The translations under genes and the position numbers were made by a program. The notes under the pieces are model-generated. The model was not told where the DNA came from, made no database searches, and worked only from the letters and a program-made list of their open reading frames with translations. DNA of 64,000 bases from Acidimicrobiaceae bacterium (GTDB lineage: Bacteria; Actinomycetota; Acidimicrobiia; Acidimicrobiales; Aldehydirespiratoraceae): positions 2,795 through 66,794 of the forward strand of contig VYCM01000136.1 in NCBI GenBank assembly GCA_009843915.1. The letters run 5' to 3'. Of this stretch, positions 44,655 through 54,127 are shown one piece after another (positions within the stretch are counted from its first letter, which is position 1; the number at the start of each line of letters is the position of its first letter).

Positions 44655-45950
44655 TCAGGTGCCGAAGTCGTCGGGCACGTGGATCGGCATGTCCGTCTCG
44701 GCCCACTCCTTGACGGTCTTGGCCACCTGGGAGGCTTCCTCCGGCGGGAGAGTGGCCACGATGCTGCGTCCCAGTGCCTCGAACACCGGGATCTCGTCGT
44801 CGTCGAGGACTCGCATCGGTGCCTTGCGGGCCATGGCCGCGTCCAGGGCCGGAGCCAGTCGCTCCAGCTTGGCTTGCTCCCGCTCGGCCTCGGCCTCAGC
44901 GAACTCCCCCATCACGTCGGTCGCGAACAACTCGAGGGTCTCGCAGATGTGATCGTGGCGGTTGTTGCCGCCCTGCTGGATGAACACGACCTGGTCGACG
45001 CCCGCCTCCGCGAAGCCCTGAAGGTGCTTGCGGACCTGCTCGGGGGTGCCGATGCCGCTCTGCTCGCCCCGGTCGACGATGGTCGGCCTGGCTGCCAGAT
45101 AGTCGGCCCAGATGTCCGTGCGGCCCGGCTTGTGCCGGCCGAAGATGTAGTGGTGGCCGAGGCCGTAGCCGAAGAACTGGAAGCCGTCGAGTCCCCTGCG
45201 CTTCGCCTCCAGCTGATCCGGGTGGATCGACAACCCGGTGACCATGGCGATGTTGGGGTTGATGGCGTGGCCGATGGGCACGCACTCGGTCTCGAGGATC
45301 CGGTAGTAGTCCTGCACCCATGCGGCCGCGTCGCTGGGATCGACGAAGGAGAAGGTGAGCGCGCCCATGCCCAGCCTGGCGGCCAGTTTGATCGTCTCCC
45401 TGTTCGAGCAGGCCACCCACAGCGGGGGATGGGGCTTCTGCACCGGCTTGGGCACCACGTTGCGGCACGGCATCGAGAAGAAGTCGCCGTCATAGCCGGG
45501 GTAGGGGTCCATGGCCATCATGTTGCAGCACTGCTCGACGGCCTCCTGCCAGGCCGGACGCTTGTCGTCCACAGTGACGCCGAAGCCGCCGAGTTCCAGG
45601 ATGGATGACGACTCGCCGGTGCCGAAGTCCACCCGGCCGTTGGACACCAGGTCGAGGGTGGCGATCCGCTCGGCGACCCGGGCCGGGTGGTTGTAGCCGG
45701 GGGGCATCAGCACGATGCCGTGACCCAGCCGGATGCGTCGGGTGCGCTGGCTGCACGCGGCCAGGAACACCTCGGGCGCGGAGGAATGCGAGTATTCCTC
45801 GAGGAAGTGGTGCTCCACCTCCCAGGCGTAGTCGAAGCCCAGCCGGTCGGCCAGCTCCACCTGCTCCAGCGCCTCGTTGAAGAGCCTCTGCTCGTCGCCT
45901 TCGTGCCATGGCCGGGGCAACTGGTGCTCGTAGAAGATCCCGAATTTCAC
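44655..45950 (-). CDS. LLM-class (luciferase-like) flavin-dependent oxidoreductase
   Basis: (V)KFGIFYEHQLPRPW..FDYAWEVEHHF. GTG 45950 overlaps the MFS gene stop (GTGA). Confidence 0.82.
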   Translation of the reverse strand: MKFGIFYEHQLPRPWHEGDEQRLFNEALEQVELADRLGFDYAWEVEHHFLEEYSHSSAPEVFLAACSQRTRRIRLGHGIVLMPPGYNHPARVAERIATLDLVSNGRVDFGTGESSSILELGGFGVTVDDKRPAWQEAVEQCCNMMAMDPYPGYDGDFFSMPCRNVVPKPVQKPHPPLWVACSNRETIKLAARLGMGALTFSFVDPSDAAAWVQDYYRILETECVPIGHAINPNIAMVTGLSIHPDQLEAKRRGLDGFQFFGYGLGHHYIFGRHKPGRTDIWADYLAARPTIVDRGEQSGIGTPEQVRKHLQGFAEAGVDQVVFIQQGGNNRHDHICETLELFATDVMGEFAEAEAEREQAKLERLAPALDAAMARKAPMRVLDDDEIPVFEALGRSIVATLPPEEASQVAKTVKEWAETDMPIHVPDDFGT

Positions 45951-47389
45951 GACCGCGACTCTACGGGCCGAAAGCCGTGTCGGGGGTAGATGAAGGTGAA
46001 CAGCACGAAGTTGCACAGGTAGCCGCCGGCGCACACCATCCACACTGTGTTGTAGGCCGCCAGCTGGGCCGCGGCGCCGTCCGGTTGGCCGATCATCGCG
46101 AACGCGATGGCGATGGCGAACGCCACCGAGAGTTGGAAGAAGGTGGTGCGGCCGGCGGTGGCCATTGCGTAGCGCTCCGGGGGGATGTCACGCAGCGCCG
46201 CGCCCACCAGCTGTGAGAAGCCGGTGCCGGCCGACATTCCCACCAGGACGGTGGCCACTAGAAGACGCGCCAGCGAGGGCTCGGTGGAGATGGTCAGAAC
46301 GAGCCAGAGCAGCCCTGCCATGCCGCAGGCCGAGCCGGCGGTGAGGAGGGGGGCGTTGCCGATGCGGTCGGCCAGTCGGCCGGCCTGTGGAGCGACCAGG
46401 AACGAGACCATGGGTCCGACCGAGTATGCGAGCCCGGTCTCCAGCGCGGACCATCCCCAGACTTCCTGGATGAAGGACGGCAACGGCACGAGCAGGGCGA
46501 AGAATCCGATTGCGAAGAACAGCGAGCCGAGGTTGCCGAGCAGGAACGAACGGATGCGAAGCAGGTGGAGGTCGAACAGTGGTGCGGGATGGCGCCCGCT
46601 GCGCCATGCGAATGCGGCCACCAGCAGCGCCCCGGCCGCGAAACAGGTGACAGTGGCCGCGGTCACCCATCCCCATGTCTCACCCTGAACGATTCCGAGG
46701 ATGATTGCGCCCACCCCCACCGACGCCAGGGGCACGCCGATCACGTCCACCCTGGCCGTGGGCACCTTTCCCCGGGGCCCGAGCGGCCCGTTAGCGGAGC
46801 GAACAGGAGCGAGAGGCAGGGTGCTCTCGGGCAGGACTCGTGCGCCGATCACCAGGGCGGCCAGGGCCACGGGCACGTTGACATAGAACACGGCCCGCCA
46901 ACCGAAGGCTTCGATGAGTACTGCGCCCAAGGCCGGTCCGACCGCCGCAGCCAGACCACCCACGGCCCCCCAGGTGCCGATCGCTGTCTGATGGCGGCTC
47001 CGGGGAAACGCATCGAGCAACAGGGCCAGCCCGGCCGGATACTGCATGGAGCCGCCCACCGCCTGCAGGGCCCGTGCCGCGATGAGCATCCCGATGCTGG
47101 TCGAGGCGCCGGCCGCTACGGAGCCCAGCGCGAACAAGGCCAACCCGGTGCGGAACACCCGCTTGCGGCCGTAGCGGTCGGCCAGCCAGCCCGACAGCAG
47201 CAACAGGGCGGCCACCACGATCGAGTATGCGTTCACCACCCACGAGAGGGCGGCTGGCGTGGCGCCCGCCAACGCCGCCCGGATCTTGGGCAGCGCCAAC
47301 GCAATGATCGTGAGTTCCATCGCGACCATGAAGACGGCCACCGAGACCACCGCAAGTGTCAGCCAGGCCGGCCGCGATACCCGTTCCAT
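45947..47389 (-). CDS. MFS transporter (DHA2/EmrB-like, about 14 TM)
   Basis: About 480 aa, hydrophobic throughout, with the LSGWLADRYGRKRVF motif. ATG 47389 is preferred over TTG 47398. Confidence 0.85.
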   Translation of the reverse strand: MERVSRPAWLTLAVVSVAVFMVAMELTIIALALPKIRAALAGATPAALSWVVNAYSIVVAALLLLSGWLADRYGRKRVFRTGLALFALGSVAAGASTSIGMLIAARALQAVGGSMQYPAGLALLLDAFPRSRHQTAIGTWGAVGGLAAAVGPALGAVLIEAFGWRAVFYVNVPVALAALVIGARVLPESTLPLAPVRSANGPLGPRGKVPTARVDVIGVPLASVGVGAIILGIVQGETWGWVTAATVTCFAAGALLVAAFAWRSGRHPAPLFDLHLLRIRSFLLGNLGSLFFAIGFFALLVPLPSFIQEVWGWSALETGLAYSVGPMVSFLVAPQAGRLADRIGNAPLLTAGSACGMAGLLWLVLTISTEPSLARLLVATVLVGMSAGTGFSQLVGAALRDIPPERYAMATAGRTTFFQLSVAFAIAIAFAMIGQPDGAAAQLAAYNTVWMVCAGGYLCNFVLFTFIYPRHGFRPVESRS

Positions 47390-47593
47390 CCCGGGCAACT
47401 CTACGGATCAGCCCGGGCGAGGACCGCAGCCGCTCCTGCCCGTGTCAGTAATGTGGGGAAAGATCCACTACTCTGATTAGACATATGGGGAGTAGTCGCG
47501 CTAGGGTTGAGTCCGGCTCAAGGCACATTGGCGAGGCTCCTGCGAACAGCGCTACGGTTTCGCCGCAACACAACCACACCCGTAGGGGGAAAA

Positions 47594-48994
47594 ATGGCCA
47601 CTGATCTTGAGAGGTTCGTCGAGGCGGACGGACGCGAGGAGCAGATCCGAGAGGTGGAGGCCCGTATCGAGCGGGACGACATCCGGTACCTGTACTGCCA
47701 GTTCGTCTCGGTGACGGGACGGATCATGGGCAAGGGCATACCGGCCAAGCACTTCGGCATGATCGCGCGCAAGGGCTTCCAGCTGGTGTACGGCTCCACC
47801 GCCAACCTCTTCATCGACCGCCACGGGAACTACATCGGCTACGGCCCCGAGGCCCGCGAGTTGGTCGGCATCGGTGAGCCCGAGACCTTCATGCCCCTGC
47901 CCTGGGACTCCAGGACGGCCCGGGTGTGGTGCACCTTGTTCCGGGGCCGCGAGGAGGAGGTGGACGGCGGCGCCTACCTGACCTCTGATTGCCGGGGGAA
48001 CCTGCGGCGCCAGCACGCCGCGTTCGAGGCCAAGCACGGGCTGCACCTGCGGGCCGGCTGCGAGCCCGAGATGATGTGGCTCAAGGCCGACGCCGACGGC
48101 AAGCCCACCGTCGAGGGCATGACCAAGCCGAACTGCTACCACATCGACCAGTTCGCCGAGCTGCAGCCCCTGATCCACAGGGTGATCGAGTACTGCGAGG
48201 CCATGGGGCTGGACATGATCCAGGGCGACCACGAGGACGCCCCCGGCCAGCTCGAGTTGAACTTCAACTTCGATCGGGCCGAGCTCACCGCCGACCGGCT
48301 CACCACCTACCGCCAGGTCTGCAAGCAGGTCGGCCGGGAGCTCGGGGCTTTCCCGTGCTTCATGCCCAAGCCGTTCATGGGGGTGTCGGCCAACGGCTGC
48401 CACCACAACATCTCGCTGTGGGACGCCGACGGCAACAACAAGTTCATGCCCGAGGGCGACAATCCACAGATGCCCGGCCCCGTCGGCATGAAGGCCATCG
48501 GCGGGATCCTCGAGCATGTGCGGGCCCTGACCTGCCTCACCTCGCCGACGGTCAACTCCTACCGCCGTCTGTGGGACACGGGCTTCTGGGCGCCGGTGTT
48601 CGCGGACTGGGGCTTCCAGAACCGCACCACCGCCCTGCGGGTCAGCGCCCCCGGCCGCTTCGAGTACCGCTCGGTGGACAGCGCGGTCAACCCGCACCTG
48701 TCGTTCGCTGGCCTGCTGCAGGCGATGGACGACGGCCTCGACCGAGGCCTCGATCCGGGCGAGCCCGAGGAGCGCAACATCTATGAGGCCATGGAGGCCG
48801 GCAAGGCCGTCGAGAAGATCCCACTCACCTTGGGTGAGGCCCTGGAGGCCCTGCGCAGCGACGACGTTGTCATGCGCGCTCTTCCGGGTGAGATGAGCAA
48901 CGTGTTCTTCCACTACAAGGACGACGAATGGGAGCGCTTCCTGGCCACCGTGTCGGACTGGGACGTGGAGGAGTACCTGGACGTCCTTCCGTAG
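47594..48994 (+). CDS. Glutamine synthetase family protein, type III / GlnT / gamma-glutamylmethylamide synthetase-like
   Basis: IRYLYCQFVSVTGRIMGK beta-grasp start, a GS catalytic region with GCHHNISLW, and NSYRRL. ATG 47594. Confidence 0.85.
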   Translation: MATDLERFVEADGREEQIREVEARIERDDIRYLYCQFVSVTGRIMGKGIPAKHFGMIARKGFQLVYGSTANLFIDRHGNYIGYGPEARELVGIGEPETFMPLPWDSRTARVWCTLFRGREEEVDGGAYLTSDCRGNLRRQHAAFEAKHGLHLRAGCEPEMMWLKADADGKPTVEGMTKPNCYHIDQFAELQPLIHRVIEYCEAMGLDMIQGDHEDAPGQLELNFNFDRAELTADRLTTYRQVCKQVGRELGAFPCFMPKPFMGVSANGCHHNISLWDADGNNKFMPEGDNPQMPGPVGMKAIGGILEHVRALTCLTSPTVNSYRRLWDTGFWAPVFADWGFQNRTTALRVSAPGRFEYRSVDSAVNPHLSFAGLLQAMDDGLDRGLDPGEPEERNIYEAMEAGKAVEKIPLTLGEALEALRSDDVVMRALPGEMSNVFFHYKDDEWERFLATVSDWDVEEYLDVLP

Positions 48995-49049
48995 CGGGCC
49001 AAAGGACCAGACGACAGACTCGAGACACCTAGAACAAGGGGGTAGCACC

Positions 49050-49979
49050 ATGTGCGGTATCGCAGGGGTGATCCACCGCGACGGCACAGCCGACATTGGC
49101 GCGGAGCTCACGGCCATGCTCCAGTCGATGAAGCATCGCGGGCCCGATTCCACCGGGTACGCGGTGTACGGACCGGCCGACGATCTCGTCGTGATCCGGT
49201 TCGTGCTGGCCGAGCCCAACAAGAGCACCGGCTTCGGCATGGAGGAGCGCTTGGAGCGCAACCGGGCTGAGGTCGAGTCCCGCCTGGCCAAGATCGGCGC
49301 CGAGGTGGCCACGGTCAGCAGCGACACCGGCTACGCCTTCCGGGCCACCATCCGCTACGGCGGCGACCTCAAGGCCCTGGCCGACTACCTGGAGGACGTG
49401 CCCGGATGTGAGGTGCTGTCGCTGGGGAGCTCATTGGAGATCATCAAGGACCTCGGCGACGCCGAGACGGTCAGCGGCCAGTACAAGTTGGGCTCGTTCC
49501 GGGGCACCCACGGCATCGGCCATGTGCGCATGGCCACCGAGTCCGAGGTCGACCTGGCCAGCGCCCACCCCTACTGGGCCTATCCGTTCGCCGACGTGGC
49601 CGTGGTTCACAACGGCCAGCTCACCAACTACCACCAGTGGCGCCGGCGCCTCGAGCAGCACGGTCACCGCTTCCAGAGCGAGTGCGACTCCGAGATCATC
49701 GCGGTGTACCTGGCCGAGTACATGGCGCAGGGCCTCTCGCTGGAGACGGCCATGAAGCACAGCCTCGACGACCTCGACGGCGTGTTCACCTACGTGTGCG
49801 TGACCGGCAACGAGCTCGGCATCGCCAAGGACGAGATGGCGGCCAAGCCGCTGGTGCTGTTCGAGTCCGATCCCCTGGTGGCGGTGGCCACCGAGGAAGT
49901 CGCCATCCGGGCCGTTGTCAAGCGCGAGGTCGAGACCCGCGATCCGTATGAGCGCGAGGTGTTGGTATGGCAGGTGTAA
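49050..49979 (+). CDS. Class-II glutamine amidotransferase (GlxB / MgsA-like)
   Basis: MCGIAGV with the nucleophilic Cys2, plus HVRMATES and VVHNGQLTNY. Confidence 0.88.
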   Translation: MCGIAGVIHRDGTADIGAELTAMLQSMKHRGPDSTGYAVYGPADDLVVIRFVLAEPNKSTGFGMEERLERNRAEVESRLAKIGAEVATVSSDTGYAFRATIRYGGDLKALADYLEDVPGCEVLSLGSSLEIIKDLGDAETVSGQYKLGSFRGTHGIGHVRMATESEVDLASAHPYWAYPFADVAVVHNGQLTNYHQWRRRLEQHGHRFQSECDSEIIAVYLAEYMAQGLSLETAMKHSLDDLDGVFTYVCVTGNELGIAKDEMAAKPLVLFESDPLVAVATEEVAIRAVVKREVETRDPYEREVLVWQV

Positions 49980-50013
49980 TCGCCCAGGAGTCAATTCTCG
50001 GAGGTGTGGTGTA

Positions 50014-50808
50014 ATGCCAGGCTCAGGTTCCCGCAGCGGCGTCAGCTACGACGCCCGTGGGCTCGTGGAGCCCCATGCTGAGATGCCCGACAACATCGAG
50101 GTTGATGGACACCGGGGCCGCTTCGACGCGGCTGACTTGACGATCCGCCAGATCAACATGGCGCTGCGCAAGCTCATCTACAACGACGGCGTCACCGATG
50201 TGACCGTGCTCAACCCGTCGTCCAAGCACTCGCTGGCGGTGGGGATCCTCAAGCGCTGCCGGATCCACTTTGAGGGCAGCCCCGGCTGGTTCGCCTGCGG
50301 GCTCATCGACGGTCCTGAGGTGACCATCAACGGCCGGGTGGGCTGGTCTGTGGCCGAGAACATGATGTCTGGTGTGGTCACGATTGAGCGCAGCGCGGGG
50401 TCGCTCACCGGCGCGGCCATCCGCGGCGGCGACCTCATCGTCAAGGGCGACGTCGGGGCCCGTACCGGCATCGACCAGAAGGGCGGCACCATCATCGTCA
50501 CCGGTGACGTCGGCATCAACACCGGATTCATGATGCAGCGGGGCCGCCAGATCATCTGCGGCAACGCCGGCATGAACCTCGGTGACTCCATGTACGACGG
50601 CGCCATCTATGTCGGCGGCAAGGTGCGTTCCCTGGGCGTCGACTGTGTGCCCGGCGAGTGGACCGACGCCGACACCGAGCTGATCGAGCGCAAGTTCCGG
50701 ATCCACGGGCTCGGCGACCCGCCGGAGCTCCAGAAGTTCGTCTGCGGCAAGCAGCTTCACAACTACGACGCGCTGGAGCCTTCCGAGCGCAAGCTCGTCA
50801 TCCACTAA
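50014..50808 (+). CDS. GXGXG-motif protein (glutamate synthase C-terminal-domain-like; GlxC / MgsB-like)
   Basis: Repeated beta-helix motifs GDVGARTGIDQKGGTIIVTGDVGINTGFMMQRG. ATG 50014 has GGAGG upstream. Confidence 0.85.
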   Translation: MPGSGSRSGVSYDARGLVEPHAEMPDNIEVDGHRGRFDAADLTIRQINMALRKLIYNDGVTDVTVLNPSSKHSLAVGILKRCRIHFEGSPGWFACGLIDGPEVTINGRVGWSVAENMMSGVVTIERSAGSLTGAAIRGGDLIVKGDVGARTGIDQKGGTIIVTGDVGINTGFMMQRGRQIICGNAGMNLGDSMYDGAIYVGGKVRSLGVDCVPGEWTDADTELIERKFRIHGLGDPPELQKFVCGKQLHNYDALEPSERKLVIH

Positions 50809-50827
50809 GGGGTCTAGGGGAACCGCA

Positions 50828-52222
50828 ATGTCTGAAGTCAACAAGAGCACCGACGTCCTCGGCAAGAGCCGGATCTTCACGCCCGAGGTCATCAACGACA
50901 TCCATGTGAAGGCCGAGCTCGGCCGCTACCGGATGCGGGGCTTCTCCATCTTCAAGAAGATCCCCCACTGGGACGAGCTGGTATTCCTGCCCGGCACGCT
51001 CACCCGGTTCGTGATCGAGGGCTACCGCGAGAAGTGCGAGACCAAGACAGTGATTGGCTCGCGCTTCGCGGCCAAGCCGCTGGAGCTGGAAATCCCCGTC
51101 TACATCACCGGCATGAGCTTCGGCGCACTGTCGCTGGAGGCCAAGATGGCCCTGGCCAAGGGCGCCTCCATGGCCGGAACCGCCACCTGCTCGGGCGAGG
51201 GCGGGATGATCCCCCCGGAGCGGGACCTGTCCACCAAGTGGTACTACCAGCTCATCCAGAGCCGCTACGGCTTCAACCCCCACCACCTGATGCTGGCCGA
51301 CGCGGTGGAATTCTTCATCGGCCAGGGCTGCAAGGTCGGCCTCGGCGGCCACCTCATGGGCCAGAAGGTCACCGAGCAGGTGGCCGAGATGCGGTCGCTG
51401 CCCGCCGGCATCGACCAGCGCTCCCCGGCCCGCCATCCCGACTGGCTCGGCCCCGACGACCTGTCGCTCAAGATTCAAGAGATCCGCGAGGCCACCGACT
51501 ACCAGATCCCCATCCAGCTCAAGCTCGGTTCGGCCCGGGTGTACGACGACGTGCGCATGGCGGCCAAGTGCGGCCCCGACGTGATCTACCTCGACGGCGC
51601 CGAGGGCGGTACCGGTGCGGGACCCCACCTGGCCACCGAGGAGACCGGCATCCCGCTGATGGCGGCCATCCCCGAGGCTCGCCGGGCCCTGGAGGATGTG
51701 GGCCTGGCCGACGACATCGACCTGGTGGTGGCCGGGGGCATCCGCAATGGCGGCGACGTGGCCAAGTGCCTGGCTCTCGGCGCCGACGCGATCGCGCTGG
51801 GCACCGCCGCGCTCATGGCGCTCAACTGCAACAAGGAGATCCCCGGGGTTACCGACTACGAGGGCACCATCGGCGTGCCGGCCGGCGAGTGCTACCACTG
51901 CCACACCGGTCGGTGCCCGGTCGGGGTGGCCACCCAGGACGTGGAGCTGCGCAAACGGCTCGATGTCGACGAGGCTGCCCTGCGGGTCTACAACTTCCTG
52001 ATCACCCTGACCATGGAAGTGCAGATGCTGGCCCGGGCCTGCGGCAAGACCGACATCCACTCTCTGGAGCCCGAAGACCTGGCCGCGCTCACCCATGAGG
52101 CCGCGGCCATGGCCAAGGTTCCCCTGGCGGGCACCAACTACATCCCCGGCGTCACCGAGGAGCGCACCCTCGCCGAGATCCGGGACCTGTTCGATAAGCA
52201 CGTCATCGACGGAGGCATGTGA
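50828..52222 (+). CDS. FMN-binding glutamate synthase family protein (GlxD / MgsC-like)
   Basis: YLDGAEGGTGAGP and VVAGGIRNGGDVAKCLALGADA motifs of the GltB FMN domain. Confidence 0.88.
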   Translation: MSEVNKSTDVLGKSRIFTPEVINDIHVKAELGRYRMRGFSIFKKIPHWDELVFLPGTLTRFVIEGYREKCETKTVIGSRFAAKPLELEIPVYITGMSFGALSLEAKMALAKGASMAGTATCSGEGGMIPPERDLSTKWYYQLIQSRYGFNPHHLMLADAVEFFIGQGCKVGLGGHLMGQKVTEQVAEMRSLPAGIDQRSPARHPDWLGPDDLSLKIQEIREATDYQIPIQLKLGSARVYDDVRMAAKCGPDVIYLDGAEGGTGAGPHLATEETGIPLMAAIPEARRALEDVGLADDIDLVVAGGIRNGGDVAKCLALGADAIALGTAALMALNCNKEIPGVTDYEGTIGVPAGECYHCHTGRCPVGVATQDVELRKRLDVDEAALRVYNFLITLTMEVQMLARACGKTDIHSLEPEDLAALTHEAAAMAKVPLAGTNYIPGVTEERTLAEIRDLFDKHVIDGGM

Positions 52223-52223
52223 C

Positions 52224-52679
52224 ATGGCCGGATCAGCGAGCACGGGTGAGAGCTCACGCGAGACCCGCACGGTTGCCATTGACGCCGAGGTGTTGGCCGG
52301 GAAACGGTTCCCGTACCAGGAGGACATGTCCCTGGTGGAGGACATCGACTTGCTGGCAGCTACTCCGGGCCAGGACATCAACTGGTTGGAGGACATCACC
52401 CTGTTGGAGGAGGACGGCGTGCCCGCGGTCTTCGACCGCTACTCGAACTCGTTCCTGAAGATCTACTTCGACATCCCGGAAGGCCGGGAGGACGAGATTG
52501 CCCGCAAGGTGCTGATCCGGCACCTTACCGACGGCAACTCCTACGGGATCACCCTCAAGGACATTCACTGCAAGTTCCCGCAGGTCGAACTGGGACCTTG
52601 GGTGGAGGACTCACGCATCGTGGGCACCGAATGGAAGCAGCCGGTGCTGGAGGGTTGGACCGCCCCCGCAGGCCACTAG
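52224..52679 (+). CDS. Hypothetical acidic protein, 151 aa, no family recognised
   Basis: ATG 52224 lies 1 nt after the stop of the FMN-domain gene. MAGSASTGESSRE..LVEDIDLLAATPGQDINWLEDITLLEEDG. Confidence 0.65.
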   Translation: MAGSASTGESSRETRTVAIDAEVLAGKRFPYQEDMSLVEDIDLLAATPGQDINWLEDITLLEEDGVPAVFDRYSNSFLKIYFDIPEGREDEIARKVLIRHLTDGNSYGITLKDIHCKFPQVELGPWVEDSRIVGTEWKQPVLEGWTAPAGH

Positions 52680-52709
52680 AGGGGTCGAGCAGAAGGAGGG
52701 TTAGCAGCC

Positions 52710-54041
52710 ATGGGACTTCCTAGCGCGGCGCGCTATGTGATCATCGGCGCCGGCATACACGGTCTGTCGACCGCTTGGAGTCTGGCCCGGTACCTGAAGT
52801 CGTCCGGCCGCGGCTCGGGCGACGACGTGGTCGTGATCGACAAGACCGGTGTCGGCGCAGGCGCGTCGGGCATCGCCTGCGGCGTCGTGCGCAACAACTA
52901 CTTCCAGCCGGCCATGCGCGAGCTGATGGCCCACTGTGTTGACGTCTGGGAGAGCGATCCGGAGGCCTTCTCCTACCATCCGGTGGGCTACCTGCAGATA
53001 AGCCACGAGGCCATGCGGTCCGACGTGGCCTCGATCCACGAGCAGCAGAAGGCCATCGGCTACTCGTCGACGTTCGTCGAGGGCGCCACCGCGTCGGCTC
53101 GCTACATGCGGGGCATCTTCGATGACTGGCAGGCCCGGGGCATCACCAGCGTGCTGCATGAGCACCGCGGCGGCTACGCCAACAACATGGCGTCGCTCAA
53201 GGGGCTGCTCCAGAAGGCCGAGGCCCAGGGGGTCGCCGTGGTGGGCGGGGTCACCGTGAACGGCTTCGACCGCGACGCCTCCGGGGCGGTCACCGCCGTG
53301 CTCACCGACCAGGGTCCCGTCGCCTGCGAGCAGGTGGTGGTGGCGGTAGGTCCGTGGGTGCAGCAGATATGGGCCATGCTCGATCTGCCGTTCAGCGTCG
53401 ACGTGCTCGGCGGAGACGGCCGCCTCCATCGCCGGCCCACTTGGACATACATGTGCCTGCAGGAGGGCACTCTCGCCGTCGATCCCGGCTACCTAACCGA
53501 CAACGACGGCAACATGCCGCCCGTGGTCCACATTGACACCGACGCCCCGCTCTACGACGAGGGCGGCCTGGTCACCGAAGGCCCGTGGGGCATCTACTAC
53601 AAGCCCGACTTCAGCTTCGGCGGCGTGCAGGGCGGCTACATGCCCTACATCGTGGACAAGCCTGCTTCCGAGGTGGCCGTCGACCCGTACGGGCCCGACT
53701 CCCCCGATTTCATCGTGGGCGAGGACTTCTACCGCACGTGGACCGCGGCGCTGGCCCACTGCCAGAAGCGTTTCGAGGGCAAGTCGCATCTCATGAGCAC
53801 CGAGCCCTCCGGCGGCATCGGCAGCTTCTCGCCCGACAACTTCCCGGTGTTCGACACGTTCTGCGACAACGTCTACTTCATCGCCGACTCCAACCACGGC
53901 TACAAGATGATCGGCGTCGGCACGCTCGTGGCCTCCGAGCTGCTGGGCGAGCCCCAGGCATTGCTGGAGCCGTTCCGGTGGTCGCGCTACGCCGAGGGCA
54001 AGCTCCACCCGGTCAGCAACTCGCCCTACCCCTGGAGCTGA
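52710..54041 (+). CDS. FAD-dependent oxidoreductase, DAO family, sarcosine-oxidase-beta (SoxB/MgdA)-like
   Basis: YVIIGAGIHGLSTAW dinucleotide fold. ASGIACGVVRNNYFQP resembles the SoxB covalent-FMN region. AAGGAGGG RBS. Confidence 0.82.
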   Translation: MGLPSAARYVIIGAGIHGLSTAWSLARYLKSSGRGSGDDVVVIDKTGVGAGASGIACGVVRNNYFQPAMRELMAHCVDVWESDPEAFSYHPVGYLQISHEAMRSDVASIHEQQKAIGYSSTFVEGATASARYMRGIFDDWQARGITSVLHEHRGGYANNMASLKGLLQKAEAQGVAVVGGVTVNGFDRDASGAVTAVLTDQGPVACEQVVVAVGPWVQQIWAMLDLPFSVDVLGGDGRLHRRPTWTYMCLQEGTLAVDPGYLTDNDGNMPPVVHIDTDAPLYDEGGLVTEGPWGIYYKPDFSFGGVQGGYMPYIVDKPASEVAVDPYGPDSPDFIVGEDFYRTWTAALAHCQKRFEGKSHLMSTEPSGGIGSFSPDNFPVFDTFCDNVYFIADSNHGYKMIGVGTLVASELLGEPQALLEPFRWSRYAEGKLHPVSNSPYPWS

Positions 54042-54127
54042 GTCGCCCCGTTCCGCTACGTGCCGATTGGCACACAGCGGTTACGCTTCACGAGGTTGTG
54101 TAGCAACTTCGGAAAGGCGCGTCCTAG

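Noticed and set aside
47399-47593. Divergent MFS / GS-like spacer inspected for GlnR-type boxes (GTnAC-n6-GaAAC) or a glutamine riboswitch.
   Set aside because: I found only a 5-bp hairpin (ttgag-tccgg-ctcaa) and a loose tgggga repeat, and nothing matches the consensus well enough to report.
47552-49327. 591-aa minus-strand ORF antisense to the GS-like gene.
   Set aside because: This is an antisense artefact of GC-rich coding DNA. The plus strand carries GS catalytic motifs.
50798-52399. 533-aa minus-strand ORF antisense to the FMN-domain gene.
   Set aside because: Same reasoning applies. The plus strand has the GltB FMN-domain motifs and fits the operon.
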